Shown here piece after piece: positions 49,871 through 59,855 of a DNA stretch of 64,000 bases; positions within the stretch are counted from its first letter, which is position 1; every line of letters begins with the position of its first letter. The stretch is from an uncultured delta proteobacterium (GTDB lineage: Bacteria > Desulfobacterota > Binatia > UBA9968): contig CAWFJP010000004.1 of the NCBI GenBank assembly GCA_963816145.1, positions 448,001 to 512,000 on the forward strand, read 5' to 3'. The notes under the pieces were generated by a model that was not told where the DNA came from, searched no databases, and was given only the letters and a program-made list of their open reading frames with translations. Made by a program: the position numbers and the translations under genes.

Positions 49871-50019
49871 AATTCTTTAAAAGAAGTAGTTGGACTTCGC
49901 TAAAGCTAACCTGTCGGGTCTCATTCTGCAACAAAGCGGTAAAATCGCGAAATCGTGATTGACCTAATTTCCGGACCAGAGATATGCTTGCTGCCAGATA
50001 TGCAGAAAGGAGCTTGAGT

Positions 50020-50784
50020 ATGGCGGCAAATCATTCGGTTCACGCGATGATGGTGGGGATGAGCGAGAGCTGGTGGCGTTCGGGAATCATGCCTTGTTTG
50101 CGCAGCGATCTGGATCGCGAGAAACCGGTGGCGTACATATTCTGGCTCATCGAAGGACCGAACGGACCGGTAATCGTCGACACGGGTTACCATCCCGATT
50201 ATGTCGCATCCGAGTGGGCGCAAGGAAAACAGTTCGTCGAGCCGCCGAAACTGCTTTCTGAGGTCGGCATCAAGTCCGACGAGATCAAGACTGTCATCGT
50301 GACGCATTTTCACCAAGATCATTTCACCGGCTTCGACTATTTTCCCAACGCCAAGTTTGTCATCCAGCGCGCCGAGCTGGAGTTCTGGACCGGACCCTAT
50401 ATGCGCCACGACGTGTTGGACAAACAGATACGCCCCAAAGTTCGCCCAGGGTTGGAGCGACTGAAACAAGAAGACCGGATTCAGTTGATCGATGGAGATG
50501 TCGAACTCTACCCTGGGCTAGAGCTGATCAAAGCCGGTGGCCATACTCCTGGCTCACAGATGATCTCACTCCAAACCGCAAGGGGCAAAGCCGTCCTTTG
50601 CGGCGACATCGCCTACACATTCAAAAACATCCGCGATCATCACCCGGTGGGCTGGTACTACGACCTGGGCGACACGGTCGCCGCGCTCGACCGGGCTATT
50701 TCAACCGCAGCGCGACCGGATTTGGCCTTTCCAAATCATGATGCGGAGATCATGCAGGGGAAGCGGGTGGTGCGGGTTATTTGA
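50020..50784 (+). CDS. N-acyl homoserine lactonase-family metallo-beta-lactamase-fold hydrolase
   Basis: VDTG; THFHQDH; GGHTPGSQ; CGD; PNHD. Confidence 0.88.
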   Translation: MAANHSVHAMMVGMSESWWRSGIMPCLRSDLDREKPVAYIFWLIEGPNGPVIVDTGYHPDYVASEWAQGKQFVEPPKLLSEVGIKSDEIKTVIVTHFHQDHFTGFDYFPNAKFVIQRAELEFWTGPYMRHDVLDKQIRPKVRPGLERLKQEDRIQLIDGDVELYPGLELIKAGGHTPGSQMISLQTARGKAVLCGDIAYTFKNIRDHHPVGWYYDLGDTVAALDRAISTAARPDLAFPNHDAEIMQGKRVVRVI

Positions 50785-50893
50785 ACAGGTTGGAGTTCCG
50801 ACGATTGATCGGATAGTTGGAAGAGGGCGCAAGAAAGTCGAGTTGTCAAAGGGCTTCCCGTGGTTCCTGCCCCGATTTATGGCTGGACCTGTT

Positions 50894-51139
50894 TTAACTT
50901 TGTATGGCGCCGCAATGTTTGCATTCGCGCGCGGCGAGTCTGACTCGTTTGTAGCATTTCGAACAAATTTTGGTCGAAGCAAACCAATAGATCATCGCGC
51001 CAGCAATTATTAACGTGACACCGGGCAACGTTGTCCCGGCACTCGCTCCCAGCACGGAACCGATCACGCAGCCAACGACGGTAATCATCACGCCGAGACA
51101 AAAAATTAGACGACCGAAGAGACTGGCTAGCACATGCAT
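50894..51139 (-). CDS. Small two-TM protein with a C-terminal zinc ribbon
   Basis: Two hydrophobic segments, then CSKC...CKHCG. Confidence 0.65.
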   Translation of the reverse strand: MHVLASLFGRLIFCLGVMITVVGCVIGSVLGASAGTTLPGVTLIIAGAMIYWFASTKICSKCYKRVRLAARECKHCGAIQS

Positions 51140-51490
51140 ACTATTAATTTCTCTGTTCTACAGCCGCTTTCGGCCAAGCACCCGCCCACCGATGGTGGTG
51201 GTAAATTTAGGCGCGGTGAACTGCCACGCAGATTAAAGCCCCAGCCAGTGGTTTCAACATGCCCGCTAGAGTCAATACCACACCACATGAACTAAGCCCA
51301 ATCGCGTGCTTTTCGACGTGCGCGGATTGCTGGGTGTAACTCGCTTTAAATCGTTACACATGGCCGACGAAGAGTTCTTCCAATGCTATTGCACCGCCGA
51401 GCATAGCTCTTGTTCAGGGCGGTGGGATCGGATAGAGCGAGAACATGCCGATTGCGGCTAACAGCACCCATGCATTAGGAGGGCTTCATA

Positions 51491-52483
51491 ATGAATCGAC
51501 GAAATCGATGGACCGTCTTCTTCACGCTGTTAATGACATTGACGCCGCGCCTGCCGAATGCTGAAGCAAAAAGCTACATTGCCTATATCTCTGATTCGAC
51601 CAACTCCTCGGTAATTTATTGGATCGCCAAAGAAGCGGGTCTCTTCAAAAAACATGATCTCGATCTCGACACGATTTTCATCAATGGCAGTGTGCGCGGG
51701 ATTCAAAGCCTGATCGCCGGCGATCTCGGCTACAGCGGCGCGGTCGGCACCGCGGTGATCAACGCCAAGCTCGCCGGCGCAGACATCGCAATCATCCAGA
51801 GCCAGATGAATACCTTGCCTTATTTCATTATCGGCAATGCGAGCATCCGTTCACCGGAGATGCTCAAAGGGCGAGCGGCGGCGGTGCATATTCCTGGCAC
51901 TTCCGCAGATTTCGCCATGCGATTGGCACTTACCAAAGCCGGCATCAACTACAAAGACATCAAAGCGATCACGGTCGGCGGCGCGCCCGCCCGGCTCGCC
52001 GCGGTCGCTCAGGGGCAGGCGGATTTTACCGTGGTCACCGACGGGGAACGAATCCAGGGTGAAAAGATGGGCATGAGGGTCATCATCGACATGGCAAAAC
52101 TAAACGTGCCGTTTCAGTTCAACTGCAGCGTCACCACCCGCAAGAAGATCCGCGAAGAGCCGGATGAAGTGCGCCGCCTGGTCTGGACTATGGCGGAATC
52201 GATTCACTTTTTTAAGACCCGCAAAGAAGAATCGATCAGGATCATGGCCAAATACACCCGCGGGCTGCCGCGCGAGGTCTTGGAAGGCGCTCATTCCGCT
52301 AATTCCGAGCTGCTTGTCAATGACACTTATCCGACGGTCGAGGGGCTGAAGCAAACGCTGGAGGTGCAAGCCTTGACCGATCCGCGGGCGGCGAAAGTTA
52401 AAGCGGACGAGATGGTGGAGCTGCGCTTTGTCGACGAATTGAGAAAAAGTGGCTTTATCGACAAGCTCTACGGGCGAAAATAG
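51491..52483 (+). CDS. ABC substrate-binding protein, NMT1/THI5-like
   Basis: GGAGG RBS; signal ending AEA; WIAKEAGLFKKHDL; SGFIDKLY tail. Confidence 0.87.
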   Translation: MNRRNRWTVFFTLLMTLTPRLPNAEAKSYIAYISDSTNSSVIYWIAKEAGLFKKHDLDLDTIFINGSVRGIQSLIAGDLGYSGAVGTAVINAKLAGADIAIIQSQMNTLPYFIIGNASIRSPEMLKGRAAAVHIPGTSADFAMRLALTKAGINYKDIKAITVGGAPARLAAVAQGQADFTVVTDGERIQGEKMGMRVIIDMAKLNVPFQFNCSVTTRKKIREEPDEVRRLVWTMAESIHFFKTRKEESIRIMAKYTRGLPREVLEGAHSANSELLVNDTYPTVEGLKQTLEVQALTDPRAAKVKADEMVELRFVDELRKSGFIDKLYGRK

Positions 52484-52517
52484 TTGCCCCGGACCGGCTC
52501 GAAATCAATGCAACAAT

Positions 52518-52541
52518 TAAGTCAATACGCATGCCTATCCC
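52518..52541. repeat. Copy of the ~25-bp REP-like site
   Basis: TAAGTCAATACGCATGCCT-ATCCC aligns with 59808-59832. Confidence 0.6.
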
Positions 52542-52967
52542 ATCGCTGACCGAGTTTGTTGATTGTCTAGCATGTCGAGGTTTAAAACTTTTAGGCTCAC
52601 TCGTTCAACTAGAAAATAATGTCTTTCAAATCGTCAGCGTCGTGTTGCCCGAGGAATCGTAAGAATCGCACTGGTAATGAATGAACAAAGAAAGTTCTCT
52701 TATATAAGTTGACCTGGTTATCTCTCCAAGAAATGCGGCGCTATCGCTATGTGCTAATTCCGCTGGTAGACCCTGGTTCTCTCTACCCCTCTGAGACCCT
52801 GGCTCTTTGACGGTTCTCGGACTGGCTATACACCGCTCTACTTTATGACTGTTATAGCTGGCCCAGTTTCCCTGATAACATTATGACTTGAAGAGCCGTT
52901 TTGACGTGTGGAAACATTAAGAACGAGGTATGATTCTCAAAAAATTTACGGGCATTAGACGAATTCT

Positions 52968-55895
52968 ATGGGAAATTTTGCGACACCCAGCACGGTCAGT
53001 TCAACGTTCAATCTAATCGAGCGGGTCCGGACGGAATGTCGCGACCATCCGAAGGCGGTCGCCATCGAGTCGGGAAACTGCCGAGTAACCTACGCTGACC
53101 TGGGTCATCAAATTGACTCTATTGTGGCCATGATGCGAAAGTCATCTTGCGCGCCAGGCGAAGTGATCGCCGTCATGGTCGCGGACCGGGCGGCCCTCAT
53201 CGCCGTTATGCTCGGTGTGCTACAAGAGGGCTGTGTCTTTGTGCCGCTAAACGACGACGCGCCGGCCGAGCGGCTGCGCCGTGTCATTAGATGGCTCCAA
53301 CCGAAGCTGGTTCTGACCACCGAATTACAGCAGTCAACTGTCAAAGGTCTTGTCGCGAGCCTCGGTGAGGCAACTTCGGTACTGACGGTTCCGTGTGCTG
53401 TTGAGAAGACACCCGATGAGGAAGCGGCACGGACTCCCGTGGCTTCTCCGACCGAGATCTTCGTGCCGACCGCTAACGCACCCTCCTACGTATATTTTAC
53501 TTCCGGCTCCACCGGTCAGCCGAAAGGTATCGCCGGAACTTTGACCAGCCTGGCCAAACGTATTGCCTGGGAGATCGATGCCTTTCAGATCCCGCGCGGT
53601 TTTCGCGTGAGCCAGCTAATCACCGCGACGTTTGACCCATGGTTTAGGGATATCTTTGTTCCGCTTTGCGCAGGGGGCACCATTTGCATACCGCCGGATC
53701 GACCGGCTCGACTGAGTCCAGAATCGCTTCTCGAATGGCTCCGCGATGCGAAGATCAATCTCATGCATTGCGGCCCGACACTATTTAACACAATGGTCAG
53801 CACGCCACCCCGGATCCGAAGGCTTCCGGATTTGCGCCAAGTCTTACTCTCCGGCGAGTTTTTGCATGTCTCGCTGGTATCTCGCTGGCGGCGGCGTTTC
53901 GGCTCGGAGACACAACTCGTTAACCTCTACGGTCCCACTGAAGCGACCATGGCGCAGTTCCACCACATCGTCGAGGCGGCGGACTTGAAGCGTGACTTCA
54001 TTCCCATCGGGCGAGCGCTGCCGGACGTGGATATCCTGCTCCTAGACGAACAAGGCAAACCTTGCGCGCCCGGCCAAATGGGCGAGATTTTAATCGGTGG
54101 CCCGACTTTAAGTTTGGGTTATTTTCGCGATGACGAGGAGACCCGCAAAGCGTTTGTCGAAATGGCGATGCCGGATGGTGATCGGAAGCTTTTTTACCGC
54201 AGCGGCGATGTCGGCGTGGAATTCGCCGGCGGAATGTATCGGCTCTTAGGGCGTCGGGACGATCAAGTAAAAATTCGCGGTGTCCGGGTTGAACCGCGAG
54301 AGGTGGAAGATGCGCTTATAGGTTATCCGCTTGTCGCGGCTTGCGCGGTAACGGTACATAGATGTGGAGAAGGCGAGTCCACGCTCGTTGCCTACGTCGT
54401 GCCGGAAACGGAATATCCACCGGCAATTCCCGAGATGCGAGCCTACCTCCGCGAGCGTTTGCCGTTAGAGTCCGTTCCGGCAAAAATCGTGTTGGTCAAC
54501 CAACTCCCCGTCACAGACACTGGCAAAATCGATCGGCGCAGGTTGCCCGAGCCGGGGCAGATGCTGCAGGAATCAGAGGATCACGGCACCGCACCGCGCA
54601 ATCTGTTGGAATCCGCGCTGGCGGAATACTGGTGCGAAATTCTTGGCTTGCCGCGCGTCGGTGTCCATGATCACTTTCTGGACCTGGGAGGGCACTCGCT
54701 GAGTGCAATGCGCTTAATCAACAGAGTCCGCTCGGACCAAGGCATTGGACTGTCGGTGGTGGATATTTTAAATAACCCTACCGTCGCAAAGCTAGCGGTG
54801 CGAATTGAGGCTCTCACCGCTACCGAGGAGAGAACGCCGAACATTGCCATAGGCACTGCAGCGCCGCGTTTACCAAATCTCTTGACTGCCACGACTACTC
54901 AGACGCCTCCAGATTTGGAGAGCGACTTTGCCTGCCCTGAAAAACCGTCGCCCCTGTTCGGCGCCCGCCATTGCAACCTCGTCCTGTTTCTCGGCGACAG
55001 CGGCGATCGCGACAGCTTTGAAAACGTTCGCCATTGGGTGGAGAAATTCGATCCGACGATTCACGCCGAGATCGTCGAGGATAAGCCCGGTTGGTCGACC
55101 GACCTGCCGAGCCGACCGTCATTGTTCTTTTCACCGGCATTGATCCGCAATCGACCGCGTATTCCCGGTCATATCGCTTGTGGCTTTCCGTTGAGCAAGA
55201 GCGAGGAGTACTTGATTCTAGCCAAGGCTGGTATTGCCGTGCCGCGTTGGGTAGCCCTGCGGGAGAATGAGATGCCCAACCTGAATGGGTTCGGCGAGTA
55301 CGTTGTGCGCAAGCCCGATTACGGCGCCAAAGGTGCCGAGGTGCGCATCGTCAAGCGTGAACGTGTTCGCTGGAAACGCGTGGTCACTTCGGCAGCGGGC
55401 CCAAGTCCCACGTTGCTCGTGCAGGAGTTCATTTACACCGGGCCGTGGCCCGTCAGCTACCGCGTCAATACTCTTTTCGGCCGTGTCCTGTACTGCATAC
55501 GAATTACGGCCAACCACACCCGCCCGGTTCTGCGCGGCGCCAACGACTTCGACGTCCGAGGATCGGGAAATACCGTGTCGATCGTTTCAAATGTGCGCGA
55601 CTCCACGGCTGAGTATTGCGATGACGTTGAGATCATTCGGTTTGGCGAGCAAGCGGCCCGCGCATTTCCTGACTTGCCGATGTTGGGTGTCGATATATTG
55701 AAAGAAGCCGGCGGCGGGCGATTGTTCGTGACCGAGGTCAATGCGCTCGGGCACAATTGGAACTTTGGCAAGGAATTTCGCGACAACTTTGCCCTCGATC
55801 CTGCAAGCCAGTTCGACGGATTACGGAAAGCCGCCTTCGTTCTAGCCGAGCAAACACAGAGCCTTGCGAATCTCGCTCGCAATGCCGATTCGTAA
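52968..55895 (+). CDS. NRPS-like A-PCP protein with a C-terminal ATP-grasp-like domain
   Basis: FTSGSTGQPKG; NLYGPTE; YRSGD; GKIDR; PCP motif FLDLGGHSL; then VRKPDYGAKG, LVQEFI, GVDIL, TEVN. Confidence 0.88.
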   Translation: MGNFATPSTVSSTFNLIERVRTECRDHPKAVAIESGNCRVTYADLGHQIDSIVAMMRKSSCAPGEVIAVMVADRAALIAVMLGVLQEGCVFVPLNDDAPAERLRRVIRWLQPKLVLTTELQQSTVKGLVASLGEATSVLTVPCAVEKTPDEEAARTPVASPTEIFVPTANAPSYVYFTSGSTGQPKGIAGTLTSLAKRIAWEIDAFQIPRGFRVSQLITATFDPWFRDIFVPLCAGGTICIPPDRPARLSPESLLEWLRDAKINLMHCGPTLFNTMVSTPPRIRRLPDLRQVLLSGEFLHVSLVSRWRRRFGSETQLVNLYGPTEATMAQFHHIVEAADLKRDFIPIGRALPDVDILLLDEQGKPCAPGQMGEILIGGPTLSLGYFRDDEETRKAFVEMAMPDGDRKLFYRSGDVGVEFAGGMYRLLGRRDDQVKIRGVRVEPREVEDALIGYPLVAACAVTVHRCGEGESTLVAYVVPETEYPPAIPEMRAYLRERLPLESVPAKIVLVNQLPVTDTGKIDRRRLPEPGQMLQESEDHGTAPRNLLESALAEYWCEILGLPRVGVHDHFLDLGGHSLSAMRLINRVRSDQGIGLSVVDILNNPTVAKLAVRIEALTATEERTPNIAIGTAAPRLPNLLTATTTQTPPDLESDFACPEKPSPLFGARHCNLVLFLGDSGDRDSFENVRHWVEKFDPTIHAEIVEDKPGWSTDLPSRPSLFFSPALIRNRPRIPGHIACGFPLSKSEEYLILAKAGIAVPRWVALRENEMPNLNGFGEYVVRKPDYGAKGAEVRIVKRERVRWKRVVTSAAGPSPTLLVQEFIYTGPWPVSYRVNTLFGRVLYCIRITANHTRPVLRGANDFDVRGSGNTVSIVSNVRDSTAEYCDDVEIIRFGEQAARAFPDLPMLGVDILKEAGGGRLFVTEVNALGHNWNFGKEFRDNFALDPASQFDGLRKAAFVLAEQTQSLANLARNADS

Positions 55896-56142
55896 ATCGC
55901 TCGCTCTGATTCAAATTGCCATGTCTATTTCTGGCCGTTGGTTTTCTGCCTGGACGGGATCGCATTGAGCGGCGAGAGATAGGATCTCTGCAACTCTGCA
56001 GCGCTGCGGTCAATCCTTTTTTTCTCTTCAGTAGTGCCTTTACTGCGCCAGCTAATTTGCAGTTAAACAATCCCCGGGATCTTAGAAACACGTAATGGAT
56101 AAGCCGGTTTTAACGATCTTGCTGAGCGCTTGCTGTTACTAT

Positions 56143-56690
56143 CCCATCCTTCCCAACTGGCAGGGTAATCGATCTAAAAAACAAATAAAAACAACCCTCA
56201 CAGTTAAAAGGTCTCCACTACATCGGGCATGATTTTGTTAGTGGACCCGTTGGCCGCCGGCAGTGATTCGGGGTGGCGGCTGGGGCGGCAAAGTGAGATT
56301 GAGTTGTTCTAAGAGAAGCTTGTGATCGGTGTCGGGCTCGGTGTAACGGCTAAGAATCAAAGTGCGGCCGTCGGTGGTGGGAAACTTGACATCGAGCATC
56401 TGCAGGGTGGCAAACTTATCGAGCACCGCGCGAGGCGTCAGTCCATCTGCCACAGGCCGTAGCCTGGCCTTGAGCGTGACGTGCAGGCAATAAGAGATAA
56501 ACGCCACAAAGATATGCGCTTCGATGCGAGATTGAAGCTGGTGGTAAATCGGCCGCAATTGAAGATCGTCTTTTAAGTTTTTGAAGGCCGCTTCAATCTC
56601 GACCAGTTGGATGTAGAACTGCCAGAGCTGAGCGGGCTCTCGGCCCGACAGATTGGTCCGTAGCAGATAGCGGCCCTCGCGCCGGCGCTT
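56143..56690 (-). mobile_element. 3' remnant of an IS1634-family element (truncated transposase 56238-~56690)
   Basis: REGRYLLRTNL; IEAAFKNLKDDL.LRPIYHQ...RIEAHIFVAF; the right-end position is approximate. Confidence 0.8.
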
Positions 56691-56863
56691 CTTCGCCCGA
56701 AGTGGCCAAGAATTTCGTCGACAGGGAGACAGCTGTGAGGCTGGGCGCTGCCAATGGTTGCGCGGAAGCTGCTCTATTTCCACTGGCTCCGCTGGCCGAT
56801 CATCTTCGCGCGCACTGGGTTGAGCACGACGTAGCGGCAGACTTCAAGAAAATGGCCGTCCTT
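56680..56863 (-). pseudogene. Fragment of a REP-associated/IS200-like Y1 tyrosine transposase
   Basis: Minus strand reads KDGHFLEVCRYVVLNPVRAKMI...WK*SSFRAT...ILGHFG: the RYxxxNPVRA/W.WSS motif with W changed to a stop. Confidence 0.75.
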
Positions 56864-56868
56864 TTATA

Positions 56869-57297
56869 TTATTGAGTCGGGCGTTCCAACTCAGCTAACC
56901 GGCGACGCAGGTCGCGTTCCTCATTCCATCGTTGAGTCTCATCGCGAACGATCGCCACAATTGCTGAAGTGTGGCTGTCGGACAAATTCACCAGCGCAAC
57001 CGTAAACGCGATGGAAAGCGCGCGCCCGTCTTTGTGCAGAGCCGGCACGCGGAGTACTTCGGCGCCGTAGCGAGTCTCGCCGGTGCGCATTACCTGTCGA
57101 AACCCCTCCCAATGGCGCTCGCGAAAACGCTCGGGAATAATCAGATCGAGCGATTGGTCAATGGCATCTGCGCCCGTGAACCCGAAAATGCGCTCCGCTG
57201 CCGGGTTCCATAAAATGATCTTACCGTCGCTTCCGACCGCAATGATCGCATCACCGGCCGATTGTACAAAAGATTCCAAGTTGATGTTTTGGTACAT
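56869..57297 (-). CDS. Stand-alone PAS-domain protein
   Basis: DAII; WNPAAERIFG; LDLIIPE; HKDG; IVRD. Confidence 0.88.
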   Translation of the reverse strand: MYQNINLESFVQSAGDAIIAVGSDGKIILWNPAAERIFGFTGADAIDQSLDLIIPERFRERHWEGFRQVMRTGETRYGAEVLRVPALHKDGRALSIAFTVALVNLSDSHTSAIVAIVRDETQRWNEERDLRRRLAELERPTQ

Positions 57298-57453
57298 ATC
57301 GTCCCCCCAACTGTTGCTAGCGATATTTGACTAGATGAGCTACCGCGGCGATCAAAAAGTTCTTGAAGTAAGCTTTGTCATTGAGCGGTTTGAATATCCG
57401 TCCGGCGAGTCACATTTGGAAGCCGATAACCTTCTCAGGCGATATCGAGAGCT

Positions 57454-57885
57454 TCAAATGACGGCAATTGTTTGTAACTTGCAGCGTCGAGCGGCCGCCA
57501 GTTGCCGTTCGTCGGCGCTGATGAATGGCAGCAGCGCGTGCACGGACTGTTGGATGACGAGCGCCGAGGCGAGATGGATCGCGTCGAGCGTCCAAACTTG
57601 GTGTTTGACGACGACTTCTTCAGCTTTGGCCAAGACTTGCGGCACGGATTCGACTAGTTGCCAAAACGAGCGGTCGGTTTTGACGCGAGCTATGATCGCA
57701 TTGTAATTCGCTCTAGTGATGTCGCCCTGGCTGTAGCGCCGTTGCACTGCCGAGTGTAATTCGATAGGCGCGATCGCCGAGGAAAGGAATTCATGAGTTG
57801 TGAGAAGCACGCGAACTTGCGCCGAACCTGCTTCTTGTACGTAGTTCTTGACGAGGGCGCTTGTGTCGAAATAGGCCAGGCTCAC
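57454..57885 (-). CDS. vapC: VapC PIN-domain toxin
   Basis: YFDTSALVK; TLDAIHLASA; SADERQ; GTG start overlaps the antitoxin stop. Confidence 0.9.
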   Translation of the reverse strand: MSLAYFDTSALVKNYVQEAGSAQVRVLLTTHEFLSSAIAPIELHSAVQRRYSQGDITRANYNAIIARVKTDRSFWQLVESVPQVLAKAEEVVVKHQVWTLDAIHLASALVIQQSVHALLPFISADERQLAAARRCKLQTIAVI

Positions 57886-58166
57886 CGCTCGTCTCGCTCT
57901 TCGCTGATTGTGCCGGCGAAGGGCTCGCCTTTGATACGAATAGGGGAGCGCCAAGCGAGCATCGGTTTTCCGCTTTTCGGACCGCGCCGCAAGATCCCTT
58001 CGGCTTCCAGGCGGCGCATGACGGCGTCGGCATCATCTTTCGCTGCCAACGGCTTGATCACGGCGATGGGCTTGCCGCGCTCCGTTAAGATCACGTCTTT
58101 GCCGGATTTGACTGCCTTGATCGCTTTGGAAAAGCTCTGATTGGCCTCTCTCAATCCCATACGCAT
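57882..58166 (-). CDS. Phd/YefM-family antitoxin
   Basis: MGLREANQSFSKAI; VILTERGKPIAVI. Confidence 0.9.
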   Translation of the reverse strand: MRMGLREANQSFSKAIKAVKSGKDVILTERGKPIAVIKPLAAKDDADAVMRRLEAEGILRRGPKSGKPMLAWRSPIRIKGEPFAGTISEERDER

Positions 58167-58184
58167 TGGTGTGCCCCAGTAAAC

Positions 58185-58202
58185 TGTAGTGATGTCACTA
58201 CA
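58185..58202. promoter_or_regulatory. Putative toxin-antitoxin autoregulatory operator
   Basis: Perfect palindrome TGTAGTGA-TG-TCACTACA about 20 bp upstream of the antitoxin ATG. Confidence 0.7.
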
Positions 58203-58662
58203 ATATGATGGATGGTGTGAAGTGTCAAGCGCACTTGTTAAAGGTCTGTTGAATACGCCGGCGAACATTAGGAAATATGACGAGATGCGGTGACCGAGTG
58301 CGCATGGCGGTGCGAGTCTGGAGCGTGGAATTGAAGTGATGCGACATGGAAAGTCATATCCTAAAAATCCAATGCCGAATCTGAGTTCCGGGCGAAAATA
58401 ATTGCCAGTGGACACAACCATTAGATCCTCGGGCGCGAGGATGTCTAAGAATATCCGGCCGGAAAGGTAACAGGAGATCAGCGGTCGGTGAAGCCAAATG
58501 AGCCCACCCCGAAGCAAGCCGGCGCAATAACCAAGATTTAGCGGCGATGGCAGCATGCTTCCCCAAAGTGTGTGATGGCAAGACCTGTTCCCTTGCTTGG
58601 CCTCGCTGTCGGAGAGCGATATGGCTCGACATTTTCAGGAATTTCTGCTGAATAATCAGAAC

Positions 58663-59754
58663 ATGGAAGAGACAATCTCAGCGATCGACACGATCACGCT
58701 CCGCATTCCGTTGGACATCTGGGCTCCGGCGCCAATGTCTCAAGGTGTGCCGCGCACGCATGTTGAAAGTCTTTATGTGCGCGTGACGACCCGTAGTGGC
58801 CTAGTGGGTTGGGGGGAGTCATTCGGCACAGCCCGTCCCATGGTCGTCGCAGCGATCGACAACTGGATCAGGCGTCTCGCAGTTGGACAGAGCGCCTCGG
58901 ATGAGCAACTCGTGGCACGCATAGAACGCATGTTGCTTTCATTGAGCCGCTCCGGTCCGCTGGCCCACGCGCTCGCGGGACTCGACATTGCGCTGTGGGA
59001 CATCCGGGGGAAGCTTGCGGGCGTGCCGGTGTCGACGCTCCTGGGCGGCGCCAAGCGAACCCGCGTCGAATGTTATGCCTCGTTGCTGCAATATTCCGGC
59101 AACCCAGAATACATCAAGCGCAACACCGCTCGCGCGCTCGAACGCGGTTATCGCCTGATTAAGCTCCATGAGCGCTCCCCCGAGGCGGTCGCTGCTGCGC
59201 GCGAGGTGACCGGTCCGGACATTCCTCTTATGGTGGATACCAACTGCGCTTGGACTTCGGCCGAAGCCGAAGCGGCGGTCGCGGCGATGGCGCCGTACAA
59301 GCCGTTCTGGGTCGAGGAGCCGATCTATCCTCCGGAGGACTTCGAAGCGCTCGCCAAGCTGCGCACGGTCACCGGCGTACCGATGGGGATCGGCGAGAAC
59401 TCAACCAGTCTGCGCGAGTTTCGCCGAATGGTCACCATCGGCAAGGCTGATTACGTTCAGCCCGCCATGGTCAAGCTGGGCATCACCGCCATGGCGAAAG
59501 TAGCGGCCGAGGTCGAGCAGGCGGGCGCCACCTGCGTGCCGAACGCCTTTTATCTGGGACCGGCTTTTCTCGCGGTGTTGCATTGCCTCGCGGCAAAGGA
59601 AAAAGTTTCGCCCCTCGAACGGATGTTTGCCGACTTCGGCGCTACGCCGTTCGCCAAGACCGTACCTATCATCAACGGCGGGGTTGAAGTCCCGCAAAGC
59701 CCAGGGCTCGGCGCGGACCCGGAAGATGAACTGATTGCACGGTTCAGAGTCTAA
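58663..59754 (+). CDS. Mandelate racemase/muconate lactonizing enzyme family protein
   Basis: GWGES; GLDIALWDI.GK; LMVDTN; WVEEP; GEN; PGLG. Confidence 0.92.
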   Translation: MEETISAIDTITLRIPLDIWAPAPMSQGVPRTHVESLYVRVTTRSGLVGWGESFGTARPMVVAAIDNWIRRLAVGQSASDEQLVARIERMLLSLSRSGPLAHALAGLDIALWDIRGKLAGVPVSTLLGGAKRTRVECYASLLQYSGNPEYIKRNTARALERGYRLIKLHERSPEAVAAAREVTGPDIPLMVDTNCAWTSAEAEAAVAAMAPYKPFWVEEPIYPPEDFEALAKLRTVTGVPMGIGENSTSLREFRRMVTIGKADYVQPAMVKLGITAMAKVAAEVEQAGATCVPNAFYLGPAFLAVLHCLAAKEKVSPLERMFADFGATPFAKTVPIINGGVEVPQSPGLGADPEDELIARFRV

Positions 59755-59807
59755 GTCCGCGCTGTCCAAGTACGGTGTGTCTGCTTCAGCGGGCATTATA
59801 ATATGTA

Positions 59808-59832
59808 TAAGTCAAAACTCAGGCTTGATCCC
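59808..59832. repeat. Copy of the ~25-bp REP-like site (empty intron target)
   Basis: TAAGTCAAAACTCAGGCTTGATCCC matches the reconstructed intron insertion site at 21 of 25 positions. Confidence 0.8.
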
Positions 59833-59855
59833 GCTGCTCTGCTCCACCTATGTCG

